A DNA stretch of 64,000 bases from the human T2T-CHM13v2.0 reference genome, Homo sapiens, in NCBI RefSeq assembly GCF_009914755.1, contig NC_060931.1. One strand, given 5' to 3'. Within the stretch, counting starts at the first letter, position 1; each line of letters begins with the position of its first letter. The notes beneath the pieces are model-generated. The model had not been told where the DNA came from, ran no database searches, and saw only the letters and a list, made by a program, of their open reading frames with translations. This document shows, in pieces, positions 49,942 to 63,164 of the stretch. The position numbers and the translations under genes were made by a program.

Positions 49942-52900
49942 GTGAGTGGGGTGTCCCTGGGCTTGGGGGGGTTCTAGAATGATGCTGAAAGGCACTGGTT
50001 CCATCCTCTGCCCATTGTGCAGATGGGGACACTGAGGAACGGAGAGGACAAGAGGTTGCTGGAGGTCACGTAGAGAGCTGGGGGGAAGAGCTGGGGCTGG
50101 AACTCAGCTATGCATGCCTCCCAAAGCCTGTTTTCTGCCAGGCACTGTGGGAAGCTGAGATCCAGAGAATAATGGTCTTGCCAATGTCCCCTGCAGGGCA
50201 TCTATTATGGGGAATAAGCTTGGCCAGCAGTTCCTCGCCCCTTGGCTGTAGCTTTTTGGCCCTTCTCAGTCCTGCCTGTGCCGCCAGCTCCCTCCTCCTG
50301 CAGCCCTGCACCCTGGGGAAACTTTGCCCGCTGTCCCCAGCCACCCTGAACCAAATGCCCAGCCTGTCTGCAGCTGGCTCTGCAAGTGTGTGAGCAGGAC
50401 TCCCTCAGGGAGCCCCCCATATTCACACTAGTTTCCAAATAAACCACCTCTAGGAATCAAGAGAAAGGCCCTCTTCCACTCTTTTGCCCCTGAGATTAGA
50501 CAAAGATAAGGGAGTGAAAACACTCTCTGGGGCTGTTTGAAGGCAGTTTTCCTGGATTACAGTATGGGCTGGGGGGCAAGCGCTGGGCTCCATGGTCTCT
50601 AGGCACTGAGAGGTGTGGCGTGTGTGTGCATGTGCGTGTGCGTGTGTGTGTGTGAAGGTGTGTATGTGTGCATGTGTTTGCCAGCATGAGTCTCTGTGCT
50701 TGTGTCAACTGTGTGCATGTTTGTGCTGCTGTGTAAGGGTGTGTGGGGGTGAGTTTGCAACACGTGCCCATGGCTCCTGGCTTGAATGGGGTCTGGACTG
50801 GGGTCACTAATGACAAGCAGATGCTGGTGACTGGGTGGCAGCTGTGGAAAAGAATGTCTCCTGGGCTGCTTAGCATGGCAAATTGGCCCTGGTGGCAGCT
50901 GCCTGCTGTCCCAGACACGGCCTTTCCCAGCTCCTCAGACAAGTGCAAACTCAGGCCGGGCTTGGGCCACAGCAGGGGAGGATTTGGCCTGAGAGACTGG
51001 GGAAGGCTTGGAGGATGTCTCTGAGGGCCCAAGGGACAGGTGAGCAGGCCTGGGGGTGCCCTTACAGGGAGGGAGAGAAGCCAAGGAGCAGAGAGGAGGA
51101 CTCGTCTAGAGAGATGAGGCTGGCGGGGCTGTGGGCAGGGCATGTGGGTGTGGGGACGGTGTGGGCCATCTCTGAGGGCGCCTCAGAGATGGCAGATAGT
51201 GATTACAGCAGCTGTCCTCTCGCTTCCCAGCCAAAGTTCAGATCCTGCGGCTGGCAGCCCAGGAGAGGCTAGGTGAAGGTCTGGTGCAGAGGGCAGCTGG
51301 CTCAGCCTGGCCATGGGGGGCTTAGCACTTCTGTGTCACGGTGACACCTCACCCAACCTCCTCTGCAGCCAACCTCTGCTAGGCCCAAGATTGAAGATTA
51401 GCTCCGTGGGCTGGAGTTTAGACTTTAGCCAGTTTAGACGTGGCCGCGGGGGATGTACGGGACAGAGCTCAGGCAGGCCACATCAAGCTCTGCCCCCCAG
51501 GCCTCAGTTGCCAGTGGGTGCAGAGCTTGTGGCCTCAGGGAGTTCTGCTGGGTAGGGTCAAGCTCACACTGAAGCTTGGCTGGGTATGATGGGCTGGGGG
51601 AGCGTCCCTGTAGGGGAGTGGATGTGATTTCCAGGCTTTCTGGCCCCGTCTCTTCCCTCCCATCTCACAGGGCGGAGCCTCTGCACCTGCTGGCGAAGGC
51701 TTCACCCTCTAGTATGCGCATCCGAGGCAGAGGCGGGAGGGTGGGCCCCTTCTGTGCCATCTGGAACAGAGGCCACACCAGCCTCCCGTGCCCCATTCCC
51801 TCCCTGGCCTTCATTTTTTATAGTCACCCCAATACTTGGGCTGGGCGTGTTGCAAATGGGAGAGAAAGAGGAGCAGCCTAGTGTGGGGTCCGGCCCTGGG
51901 CTGAGAGGCAGACACCTGGGTTCAAGACGTGTCCACTGCTAACTTGTTGAGCTTCTTTGGAGCTGCGGACCCTGACCCTCGAGAGGGAACTCAGGTCTTG
52001 TGACCTCACAGCCACACCCAGACAGCCAGCTCACTTCATTGCTTTGAGCTTATCACCCATCCCACGAAAGCTGGCTAAGAGCAGCCCAGCAGGGGCAGTG
52101 CTGAACATAAGGGCGCTTAGCATGATGGTGGGGGCTCAGGCGCTGTCCTGTCCCAACAGTGGAAGGGTGGGGTTCAGGACCTCAACTCTGGGCCTAGAAA
52201 TAGAGAAGGTACCCCTCTAAGGGCTCCCGTCAGACACTGGCCCTGGAACTGGAGGGGCCTCAGGGGTGGCCTGGATGCCTCAAGAGGAGCAGGGAACAGT
52301 CTGGGCAGCAGGTGACACACTCTCTTTCATGACCTGGGGTAGGCTCCTGCAGCCTCTCTGGCCCTGAGCCCCAGCCCAGTCAAAACCTGGGTGGGGCAAG
52401 TGGTTGGCATGGAGATTTCCAAGGAAAACAGAGAAAGATGTGGCAGGAAGTGGTTGGGGTGAGTCAGGGGGTGTCCCTTCGGGACATGCTGGGGACAACT
52501 TTCTCCTGACTGACTCAGGGCTCAGGATATGCCCTAGAGAGACCGTGGGCCTCCGTCCAGCCTGCAAGGTCCCGGCTAGTTCTAAGAGCCAAATACCAAT
52601 TTTGGCTAAGGGTGAGAGGCTCTGAGGCTGGGGTGGACACTCTCACCTGTCCCTGTCCTAGCTCAGCCACTAACACCATGTGGCATCACACAACAGACTG
52701 GCCTGTGTGGCCCTAGTTCCTGTCTATGAGATAGGGACATAGCAGGGTGTGGCTGGGCTCTGAGAAGTAGGAGATGCTGGTGGACTCAGGATTCCTGGCA
52801 TTTGCTGGCTTTTTTCATTCTTCTGCTGTCTGGTCTGCTCAGCCGGCTCCCTGCAAGCATGACCAGGGACTGCTGGGTGCTCAATGCAGGGCTGGGTTAG

Positions 52901-55356
52901 CCCGGCTCCCTCCCGAGAGAAGCCCACAGCCCTAGGTCAAGATAAGCCAGTGCCCAGCTGCCTGTGATATGAAGCAGGAGGCAGATGCGATAAGAGGTGT
53001 CAGGGCGGGCCCGGGAACTTTTGAACTTAAGGGGTGGGAGGGCCAGGAAGGCATCAGGGAGGAGGTTTCGTAGGAGCCTGAATGTGGAGACACTGCAGAG
53101 GGAAGGGGCAGAGGGACTGTGTGAGCAAGCACAGGCTAGGAGGAGGTGAGGGCCGTGGTACGGGAGTTGTTGGGTATGGTCAGGCTGGGGGTGCATGGGA
53201 GGAGGGTGGTGAGGGCTCAGGATTCGGGCCAGGGGCTGCATCCGGGGGAAGGGGTCTGGATTCCCAGAGCCTGTGATTTCAGCCCGCTGGGCTCAGGCAG
53301 AGGGCAAAGCTACCCTCTTCGGGGTCTTCTCCCAGCCCTGCTAATTCCAGGCCTGACTGCTCAAGAAGTGTTTCTACCTGCAGCATCAGGGGCCTGACTG
53401 AAGCCCTAAGTTCTCCCCTTTATCCCGTTTTTCTGGGCTTCAGTTTCCCCAGTCATAGAGTGAGAGGCCTCTTCATGCCACCAGTTCTCCCGGGGGTGCT
53501 GCTGCCTCCTCCAGAGCTCAGGGGAGGGATGGGGAAAGGAAGGCAGAGTTTCCATGTCCCTGCCCAGCCCGTCCTGCCCAGGGAGGGGCTGGGGGCTGGG
53601 TGGTGATGCCACATCTGGGACATATAATTACTGTTTCCGCCAGCCCCAGATGAGGGGGAGGGCACAGAGATGGGGAGCTTTGTGGTGGAGACTTCCCTCA
53701 CCATGGAAAATCCTGACGCTGCTTCCCCTTTAGGGACCTCAGAACAGCCCAGCCGGTCCCAGTGTTGCCCACCCTGATGCTTGGCCCTGACTGGGATTTG
53801 CCCTGGGAACTCTGAAGGGGCCATGCTTTGAGAGGGGACACGGCCTCCTGGGATACCTGTCTGAGGGGCTCACCCCCTGCTCACCACTCCCAGGCCACAG
53901 CCTCCTGTCACACCTTGCCTTCCCTTCTCCACCCCAGGCAACCTTCTAGCAGCATGAAGTGGCCATTAGCTCACTGCAAGCCAATTCCAGATGGTACCCC
54001 CACTTAGTCTAGGGCCCCCACCCAGCAGGGGCCATGGCCCTTACCTTCTGGAAGCACCAATGAGTCTGGAGTCTCCTGAGTGGCTGGGATCTGAGCCCTC
54101 ACACCGGGAGGTGAAGGCAGGAAAATGCTGTCCGCGAGGCCCTGCAAGTGGCCAGGATCCCCTCAGTCAGGGCTTCCCCATGGGGATGAGAGGGGCTCCT
54201 TGCCCACATGGAGTGGTGCCCAGGGGGATCATGAGGGGCTGTCTTCACTCAGCCAGGAGCTACAGTTCTGTGGGGTGGGCAGACTCTGAGGCTGAAATCT
54301 CCAACTTAAAAGATATCCGGAAAGGCCGGAAAATGCCCCCGGCCCTTCCAGCAGCTCCTTTCAGTGCCTGCAATCTCGCTGTCAGGGCCCCTTGAAAGGC
54401 AGATTTCTACTCAGTGTAAAGAAGGTTGTTGTTGATATTGTTGTTGACACGAAGAAGGGGCTGTCTCTAAGTCAATAAGCTCCCTGCCATTAGGGGTGTG
54501 CAAGTAGATGCTTTCTGGTGAGGAGGCTGCTTTGGGGGTGCTAGTCTATGCGGGGGTCCAGTGGGGTGGGTGACAGGTTCTGCAGCATAGGCTTTGTGTC
54601 ATGCTGAGATCAGCAATTCTGATGGCCTGCGGGGGATCCTGTGCTTAGGTTTCTGGATCTGGGGCTGGAGAGTGACCACCCCGATGTGAGGCAGGAGGCA
54701 CTTTTGGAGACTGCGGGGGCTCGAATCTGGGCCAAGGCCTCCATTTTACTGATGGGGAAACTGAAGCCCACAGAGGCGTGGAGACTTGTCAAGGTGGCAC
54801 TGCCTCCTAGCCCTTGATTATTCCTGCTGCTCCAAAGTGTACACACATGGCACAAACACAAACATGCACACACATGTGCTCTTACGTGGAGGACACACAC
54901 ACATGGTACACAAAGCACATTCTCAAGACTGGGTGGTCCCACTCAGACTCTGGGACCCAAGGAGGGTTGGGCGGGGATTCCTCAATGGAGCCTTTTCCTC
55001 TCCCTGCCCTGGAGTTAGGAAAAGAAGGAGGGAGGGAGGGAGGAAGCCATTGCTTTGTGTATTGTTTCTTGTCAGGAAGATGAAATGGCTTCTGGGAGCA
55101 AATAAAGGCCTTGTTGAGACCTGCTGCTTTCTCACATGGGGGGCTCATTTTTTTCTCTTCTCTTCCCTCTCTAGCTGGTAGTGGCAGCTATGTGGGTGTG
55201 TGACACAGGGAGACAGTGAGGCACCCAGAAGTGCCATCAGACATACCAGTGCAAACACACAGCACAGCCTCCAGGACCTCATGTCCTGCAGGGATGCCTG
55301 TATGATATAGCTGTTCCCAGGGAGGCCGAGGCACTTGGTCAGTACCTCATCAGTTG

Positions 55357-55938
<582 letters not shown>

Positions 55939-58900
55939 AGTTCTTTTATAGATTTTTAAAATGTAATTATTGTGTAATAAACCACTTACAATCTAACAAA
56001 AAAGAGAAAGAGGGAGTCAGCCCTGGACACATGTGGTCATCACAGACACAGCAGACACTTATCTACAAAGACACACAGAGGCACACAAAACCAGGAATCC
56101 CCCCATGTCCACGTGTGAACACCCATGGAGGAGTGACACTCTGGAGCCCACATAGGTCCCCTCACTGCCCAGTGCTGAGTCTTGGAGGCACTGGGGTGGG
56201 CAGGGCAGGCCTCGATGTCTCCTATCCCTTGAGAACGAAAGCTCAGAGCCTCAGTCAGGCCTGGCTCTGGAGCCTGCTCTTCCCCAAGGCCAGGGCACCA
56301 GGGTGCCCAGGCCAAGTCAGGGGCCCCATGCCTTGGAAGCCACCCTGGTTGGCCTGTCTATGGGTAGCAGGGAGTGCTTAGAGCACATTGCCTGGAGAGA
56401 TCATCCCTGGGCTGCCCTAGAGCCAGGACACACTGGCAGCCACAGAACCACCTTCTGCCAGCTCCCAAGTCCAAGCTGGGAATAGCCAGGTCCCTTGACT
56501 GGGCCTAGGAGTGGCCAGCCCATTGACCTGTGAGTGTAGGGTGGCACAGACTATGGGGCAAGGATCCTGGCTTTGCTGCATCCTCCCTGGGCCTCAGCCT
56601 CTGCGTCATCATCTCACTGAGCCATCGCACAGGCTGCCCTCTAGGGCTCCCAGAGGCTAATGATTGGCCCATTGTTTCCCAGCTAGAAAGTGAAGAAGAC
56701 CGCCCTGGGTCCGGAGAGCATCTCTGGAGCCAGGCTGCCCCTAGCAAGGGTGGGAGTTCTAGAAAATTAGCATTCTCTGCCACTTCTATCAGCACACAGT
56801 AAGCCTCCCCTCAGAGGCGTGGGCAGAGAAATGGCAGAGGTCCCCCACTCTGTCTTCACCGAGCTCCCAGGCCAGGAGGAGATGCACCCACATAGGCCGC
56901 AGGAAGATTGATTTCCTACAAGATGCACAGAGAATTCAGTGAGGGCATGGTGGGTGGGAGCAGAAGTTAATTCCAGCCAGGGATCTGGGAAGGCTTCTAG
57001 GAGCTGGTGGGGTCTGAACTGGGCCTTGAGTAGTGGGCTTACAAGGGCTTAGCACAAAATGGAGAGCTTGTATCTTTCTGACACTTCAGAAGAAATGTGT
57101 GGATTATTCTTTCGGTAATACTTGCATTCACAAAACCCAGGGCTGCAGACAAAAGCGGGAAGACAATTGAGAATTGAGAATTGAGAATTGTTCTGATTCT
57201 TACTTTTTTTTTTTTTTTTTTGCCTTAATAAGACCTGGGCCAGGCAAAACTACCTGGGGATGTGCAAATATATATGTACATATATATAAAACAAGTGACT
57301 ACAATGGGAACTGTCCTTGTTTAAGCAAGTTTTCAAATTTAATGGGTTGTAAACAGTAACGTACATTTGAAGTATTTTACCTGCTCTTTCCTGGACATTG
57401 AGTTTCAACAGGCCTTTGAGTGCCCCTTCCAATTCTGAATTATCAAGTGTTTCCAGATGTAAATAATGCAAGTGTATTAGATAGTTGAAGGAAGGTTGTC
57501 AGTAGATGTTGAAGCTATCAGGGGAGGCTTCCTGGTGGTAGTGGTAGTGGGTATTGGAGAGGAAGGCTGTCAGCCCATGTGGTTCTCAGCAGTCACGAAG
57601 GCACATTCCAGAATTCCCAGGGCAGGTGGCTGACCCCTCCCCTTCCCAAGGACTCAGAGTACAGGGCCTGGAACTATCACCCTCTGCTCTGCCCACTTTG
57701 CATGAAAAGCATGTTGTCTTTGGGTAGGGGCTGGGGCTCTCGCACCTGGTTAAGAACCAGAGGAGATGAGCTCTTTCTGGTCACATCTGTGAGGGATGGG
57801 GCTGGGAGGGTTCTCCAAGGCGGGAGCCACTTACAGCGATGACTCCATTAATCATCGGGGAAGGGCTGGTTTCAGGACTTCTGCCAGCTAGCAATTAGGC
57901 CAACCCTGGAGAGCAGAAGAGAGAGGAATAGAAGGAGCCACGAGCTTCCTGAGGGCTCAGATACAGAGGGACAGGGGCCTCACAGGTGCAAGTGTGGGTG
58001 GGCATCAGGACTAGCCGGGCTGGCCTCACCAGCCTCAACCCCATTCAGCCTGTCCTAACTCTGGGCAGGCTTCTGCCAGCAGCTCCACCCGCCGTCACTC
58101 CTTCTGCCTGTCCCCAGATCCTGCACACACAATGAGAAGAACCAAAACAAGAGTCACTACCACTGCCCCATCCCTCCTGCGTCGACAACTCTTTCCAAAA
58201 GCCCTGAGACGGCCCCTTTGGCCTTTGAACCTCCCAGCTGCTCTGGAGAGCAGGCACGGACAATGAGATCCATTTTGCAGATGGGAAGACTGAAGACCAG
58301 AGGGAATAGGCCATGCTCATGGTGCCAGAAAGTAGAAGAGTCAGAACCTGAACACAGGGCTTCTGCCTCTTTGGCCCAACCTTGGGACAGAAAGGGAACT
58401 GGGCATTGGCCAGAGGGCTGGCGGACCTAAGGGATGTAGCCCTGGGGTCCGCCAGGAAAGGCCCAAAGCTGGGGCTGCAAGGCAGGGGAGGGGATGTGAG
58501 TCATTCCCTGTAACCCAGGGCTGCAGACAAAGGCGGGAAGAGAATTGTTCTTGTAGGATGGCCTCAGGGTGGGGCTGGGAAAACCTCCAAGGTGTGCCCC
58601 CCTACCTTGGATTTTGCAAAATTCTCTATGGCCTTGGAGACACTCCCATATCCTGAGGATGGGAGCTGGGTAGTTTGTCTCCCAGCTGGGAAGTGTTTGG
58701 GTGCACCAGCCCTGCCTGGGAGAAGGCAGCCTAAGTGGCCTCAAGTGGGCATCTTTGCAAGTGAGCCTTTGCTGATGTGGTCCATCTCCCCTGTGTGAGT
58801 GCACTTAGCCCCTGGGACGGCCACAAAGCATAGTGGAAGGTGCTGGGGCTTCCTGGGGAGGGGTCCTCCGGGGGCAGCTGCATGGGGAGGGCCTTCATGA

Positions 58901-59232
58901 CCTCACAGCAGCTTCCATTCCCTTCTCTTTCCATGAGTCATGTTTCTAAAAGTGGCCCAGGAGTAAGTGGCAGCCAGACGGTGGTGGCGGGGCCTATCTG
59001 GCCAGGCAGAGGGAGGGTGAGGCTGAGGCCAGCAGTGGGGAGGAAGAAGAGAGAAGGAGAGACAGGGAGGGCAGGGCCAGAAGCAATGGGAGACAGGCCT
59101 TGGACCAAGGAAAGAGACGGGGTGGAGAAGGAGAGAGAGAGGGTGGAGACAATAGGGAGGCAGGCACAGAGGAGAAAGAGGGGTGGAGGGAGCCAGGACC
59201 TCACCGAAGGCCTCCTCAGCCCTGGAATTTAG

Positions 59233-59485
59233 ATGCAGTCGGGCATGGGGTGGAATGTTCTGGACTTTTGGGTATGAAGCCGTGTCCCCTGCTGGGCCTT
59301 CCCACCTTTTTGCATCTCTTCTCCTAGGAGTGCTCCTGACCATCACCTTCATGCCTGGGGCTCGCCCCTTGCCTCTGGTCTTGGTACCCCAGAATACCCT
59401 GGCCTGGATGCAGCTGGATGCAAAGGCCCCAGCTCACCCCAGGCCTCTCCAGCTTCTAGGCAGAGTGGGGCCTGGGTCTAGGCAG
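59233..59485 (+). CDS. AQP1: AQP1 internal alternative first exon(s): MQSGMGWNVLDFW (59233-59271), or MFWTFG.../MPGARP...GSRQ (59255 or 59351 to 59485)
   Basis: Donors TGG|GTatga (59272) and CAG|GTatta (59486) are each phase 0 to an upstream ATG and in frame with exon 2. The peptides match short AQP1 isoform N-termini as I recall them. Confidence 0.7.
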
Positions 59486-59712
59486 GTATTAGGGGCTGGG
59501 CTGGAGTTTCATTAACACAGGGGGTGGGTTCAAGGCCTGATTTCCACTACCTGCCGTGTAGGCTTGCCTGGGACCCTGTGATGGGCTCTGAAGGCCCATC
59601 TGAGGGTCCGCCCTTCATGCCTGGGCCTGGGAGGCCTGGGTATCCTTGGGGTCCTGGGACACAGTCCCTGCCTACCCTCCTCACCAGTCCTCACCACCTC
59701 TCTCCCCTGCAG

Positions 59713-59877
59713 CTGGCTGATGGTGTGAACTCGGGCCAGGGCCTGGGCATCGAGATCATCGGGACCCTCCAGCTGGTGCTATGCGTGCTGGCTACTACCG
59801 ACCGGAGGCGCCGTGACCTTGGTGGCTCAGCCCCCCTTGCCATCGGCCTCTCTGTAGCCCTTGGACACCTCCTGGCT
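59713..59877 (+). CDS. AQP1: Aquaporin-1 exon 2 (aa 129-183; includes His180)
   Basis: cccctgcAG acceptor; LADGVNSGQGLGIEIIGTLQLVLCVLATTD...GHLLA; 165 nt; GTgagt donor. Confidence 0.99.
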
Positions 59878-60210
59878 GTGAGTCAGGGGCCCTCCCAGAT
59901 GGAGGTGGGGGAAGGGAGGGCGGGGGCTGGTGGGGTGCCCTGCCATGGGCAGCCAGTGGGACTCCCGACAGGGCTCTTGCCATTGGGTGGAGGATGGCGG
60001 GTCAGCGCTGGGGGCTGGGGGCAGGGTCCTGCCCTGGAGAGGAGCACAGGGACCTCCTGCCCAGCTTGGGGTCAGCACTCCTCTTTCCCTGGGTCTCATT
60101 GTCCCCCACCCTGATTGTTCTCTTTCTCCCTCCAACCTCTCCCTCCTCTCACTCTCTCTTCACCTATGACTCTCTGCCTTCGCCCCTCCCTCTGTTTCTT
60201 TCCCTCACAG

Positions 60211-60291
60211 ATTGACTACACTGGCTGTGGGATTAACCCTGCTCGGTCCTTTGGCTCCGCGGTGATCACACACAACTTCAGCAACCACTGG
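60211..60291 (+). CDS. AQP1: Aquaporin-1 exon 3 (aa 184-210; Cys189, second NPA, Arg195)
   Basis: ccctcacAG acceptor; [27 protein letters not shown]; 81 nt; GTagga donor. Confidence 0.99.
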
Positions 60292-61096
60292 GTAGGAGAC
60301 CCACGGGGGGTGGGGTGGGAAGCTTTGGTGTCCCATGGTAAGCCTGACCCCACCCTCACAGTGTCCCTTCCTGTTCTGGAGGCTCTGGGAGACAGCCAGA
60401 GGACAGGAAATCAGGAAACTGAGGCCTGCCATGTAGAGGCAGGCTGGGGGTCACACTGCCAGCACTTTCAGGCCTAGTCTCTGCCCTCCCAGCTCGGCCC
60501 TGCCCCATGCTGCCTGGCCTCCAGGTCTTCCCAGCTGCGTGGTTAAAAGTGGGGCTCCAAATCCTGGCTCAGCCACTTTCGGGTTTAGCATGACCTTGCG
60601 CAGTGTGCTTGAGCTTTGGTTTCCTGAGCTGCGGAGGGGGATATGGTGGTGCCCACCTCTCAGGGTGGCCGAGAAGAGGAAAGGGCTCACTCCCCATCTG
60701 TAAACTGAGCTCAACACAGAGGAGGCGCTCAGTGGATTTTAGCTCTTATGGTTGTGGATGTGGATGTGCTAGGCCAGCTTTGCATTAGGCAATGGTCTCT
60801 GGGGCCCTTCCAAAGCTGGGAGTGTGGGGGCAGTGGCCTTCCTCAAGAAGGGGCTGCTACTGCCCATGCCTGAGCTGGGCCCCACAGAGGCAAGGAGTTG
60901 ACCCTACCACGTACTCTGGCCTGGGCCGGTTCTGAGGGGCACCGGAATCATGATGTTAGGATTTGGCTCTCCTACCTGCCTCCATCCCAGGTGGGAAAAA
61001 CCTGTCCAACGGGGTGGTGGGCTGTGGGGTAACCTAGGGAACGCTTCCCAGGGGCTTTTGAGTGGAGCCCTCTGAACACACCTGCTCTGTTCCTAG

Positions 61097-61276
61097 ATTT
61101 TCTGGGTGGGGCCATTCATCGGGGGAGCCCTGGCTGTACTCATCTACGACTTCATCCTGGCCCCACGCAGCAGTGACCTCACAGACCGCGTGAAGGTGTG
61201 GACCAGCGGCCAGGTGGAGGAGTATGACCTGGATGCCGACGACATCAACTCCAGGGTGGAGATGAAGCCCAAATAG
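61097..61276 (+). CDS. AQP1: Aquaporin-1 exon 4 coding part (aa 211-269, stop)
   Basis: ttcctAG acceptor; IFWVGPFIGGALAVLIYDFIL...SRVEMKPK-TAG. Exon totals 128+55+27+59 = 269 aa. Confidence 0.99.
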   Translation: MFWVGPFIGGALAVLIYDFILAPRSSDLTDRVKVWTSGQVEEYDLDADDINSRVEMKPK

Positions 61277-63164
61277 AAGGGGTCTGGCCCGGGCATCCAC
61301 GTAGGGGGCAGGGGCAGGGGCGGGCGGAGGGAGGGGAGGGGTGAAATCCATACTGTAGACACTCTGACAAGCTGGCCAAAGTCACTTCCCCAAGATCTGC
61401 CAGACCTGCATGGTCAAGCCTCTTATGGGGGTGTTTCTATCTCTTTCTTTCTCTTTCTGTTTCCTGGCCTCAGAGCTTCCTGGGGACCAAGATTTACCAA
61501 TTCACCCACTCCCTTGAAGTTGTGGAGGAGGTGAAAGAAAGGGACCCACCTGCTAGTCGCCCCTCAGAGCATGATGGGAGGTGTGCCAGAAAGTCCCCCC
61601 TCGCCCCAAAGTTGCTCACCGACTCACCTGCGCAAGTGCCTGGGATTCTACCGTAATTGCTTTGTGCCTTTGGGCACGGCCCTCCTTCTTTTCCTAACAT
61701 GCACCTTGCTCCCAATGGTGCTTGGAGGGGGAAGAGATCCCAGGAGGTGCAGTGGAGGGGGCAAGCTTTGCTCCTTCAGTTCTGCTTGCTCCCAAGCCCC
61801 TGACCCGCTCGGACTTACTGCCTGACCTTGGAATCGTCCCTATATCAGGGCCTGAGTGACCTCCTTCTGCAAAGTGGCAGGGACCGGCAGAGCTCTACAG
61901 GCCTGCAGCCCCTAAGTGCAAACACAGCATGGGTCCAGAAGACGTGGTCTAGACCAGGGCTGCTCTTTCCACTTGCCCTGTGTTCTTTCCCCAGGGGCAT
62001 GACTGTCGCCACACGCCTCTGTGTACATGTGTGCAGAGCAGACAGGCTACAAAGCAGAGATCGACAGACAGCCAGGTAGTTGGAACTTTCTGTTCCCTAT
62101 GGAGAGGCTTCCCTACACAGGGCCTGCTATTGCAGAATGAAGCCATTTAGAGGGTGAAGGAGAAATACCCATGTTACTTCTCTGAGTTTTAGTTGGTCTT
62201 TCCATCTATCACTGCATTATCTTGCTCATTCTTCAGTTCTCTACTCCCTCTTGTCAGTGTAGACACAGGTCACCATTATGCTGGTGTATGTTTATCAAAG
62301 AGCACTTGAGCTGTCTGAAGCCCAAAGCCTGAGGACAGAAAGACCCTGATGCAGGTCAGCCCATGGAGGCAGATGCCCTTGCTGGGCCTGGGGGTTTTCC
62401 AAGCCCTCAGCTGGTCCTGACCAGGATGGAGCAAGCTCTTCCCTTGCTCATGAGCTCCTGATCAGAGGCATTTGAGCAGCTGAATAACCTGCACAGGCTT
62501 GCTGTATGACCCCTGGCCACAGCCTTCCCTCTGCATTGACCTGGAGGGGAGAGGTCAGCCTTGACCTAATGAGGTAGCTATAGTTGCAGCCCAAGGACAG
62601 TTCAGAGATCAGGATCAGCTTTGAAGGCTGGATTCTATCTACATAAGTCCTTTCAATTCCACCAGGGCCAGAGCAGCTCCACCACTGTGCACTTAGCCAT
62701 GATGGCAACAGAAACCAAGAGACACAATTACGCAGGTATTTAGAAGCAGAGGGACAACCAGAAGGCCCTTAACTATCACCAGTGCATCACATCTGCACAC
62801 TCTCTTCTCCATTCCCTAGCAGGAACTTCTAGCTCATTTAACAGATAAAGAAACTGAGGCCCACGGTTTCAGCTAGACAATGATTTGGCCAGGCCTAGTA
62901 ACCAAGGCCCTGTCTCTGGCTACTCCCTGGACCACGAGGCTGATTCCTCTCATTTCCAGCTTCTCAGTTTCTGCCTGGGCAATGGCCAGGGGCCAGGAGT
63001 GGGGAGAGTTGTGATGGAGGGGAGAGGGGTCACACCCACCCCCTGCCTGGTTCTAGGCTGCTGCACACCAAGGCCCTGCATCTGTCTGCTCTGCATATAT
63101 GTCTCTTTGGAGTTGGAATTTCATTATATGTTAAGAAAATAAAGGAAAATGACTTGTAAGGTCC
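61277..63164 (+). terminator. AQP1: AQP1 3' UTR (about 1.9 kb) ending at poly(A) signal AATAAA 63138-63143
   Basis: Canonical AATAAA followed by a T-rich downstream element (63180-63195). The cleavage position is approximate. Confidence 0.85.

Noticed and set aside
61274-61290. Programmed stop-codon read-through as in AQP4
   Set aside because: The context is TAG AAG, not the TGA CTAG motif.
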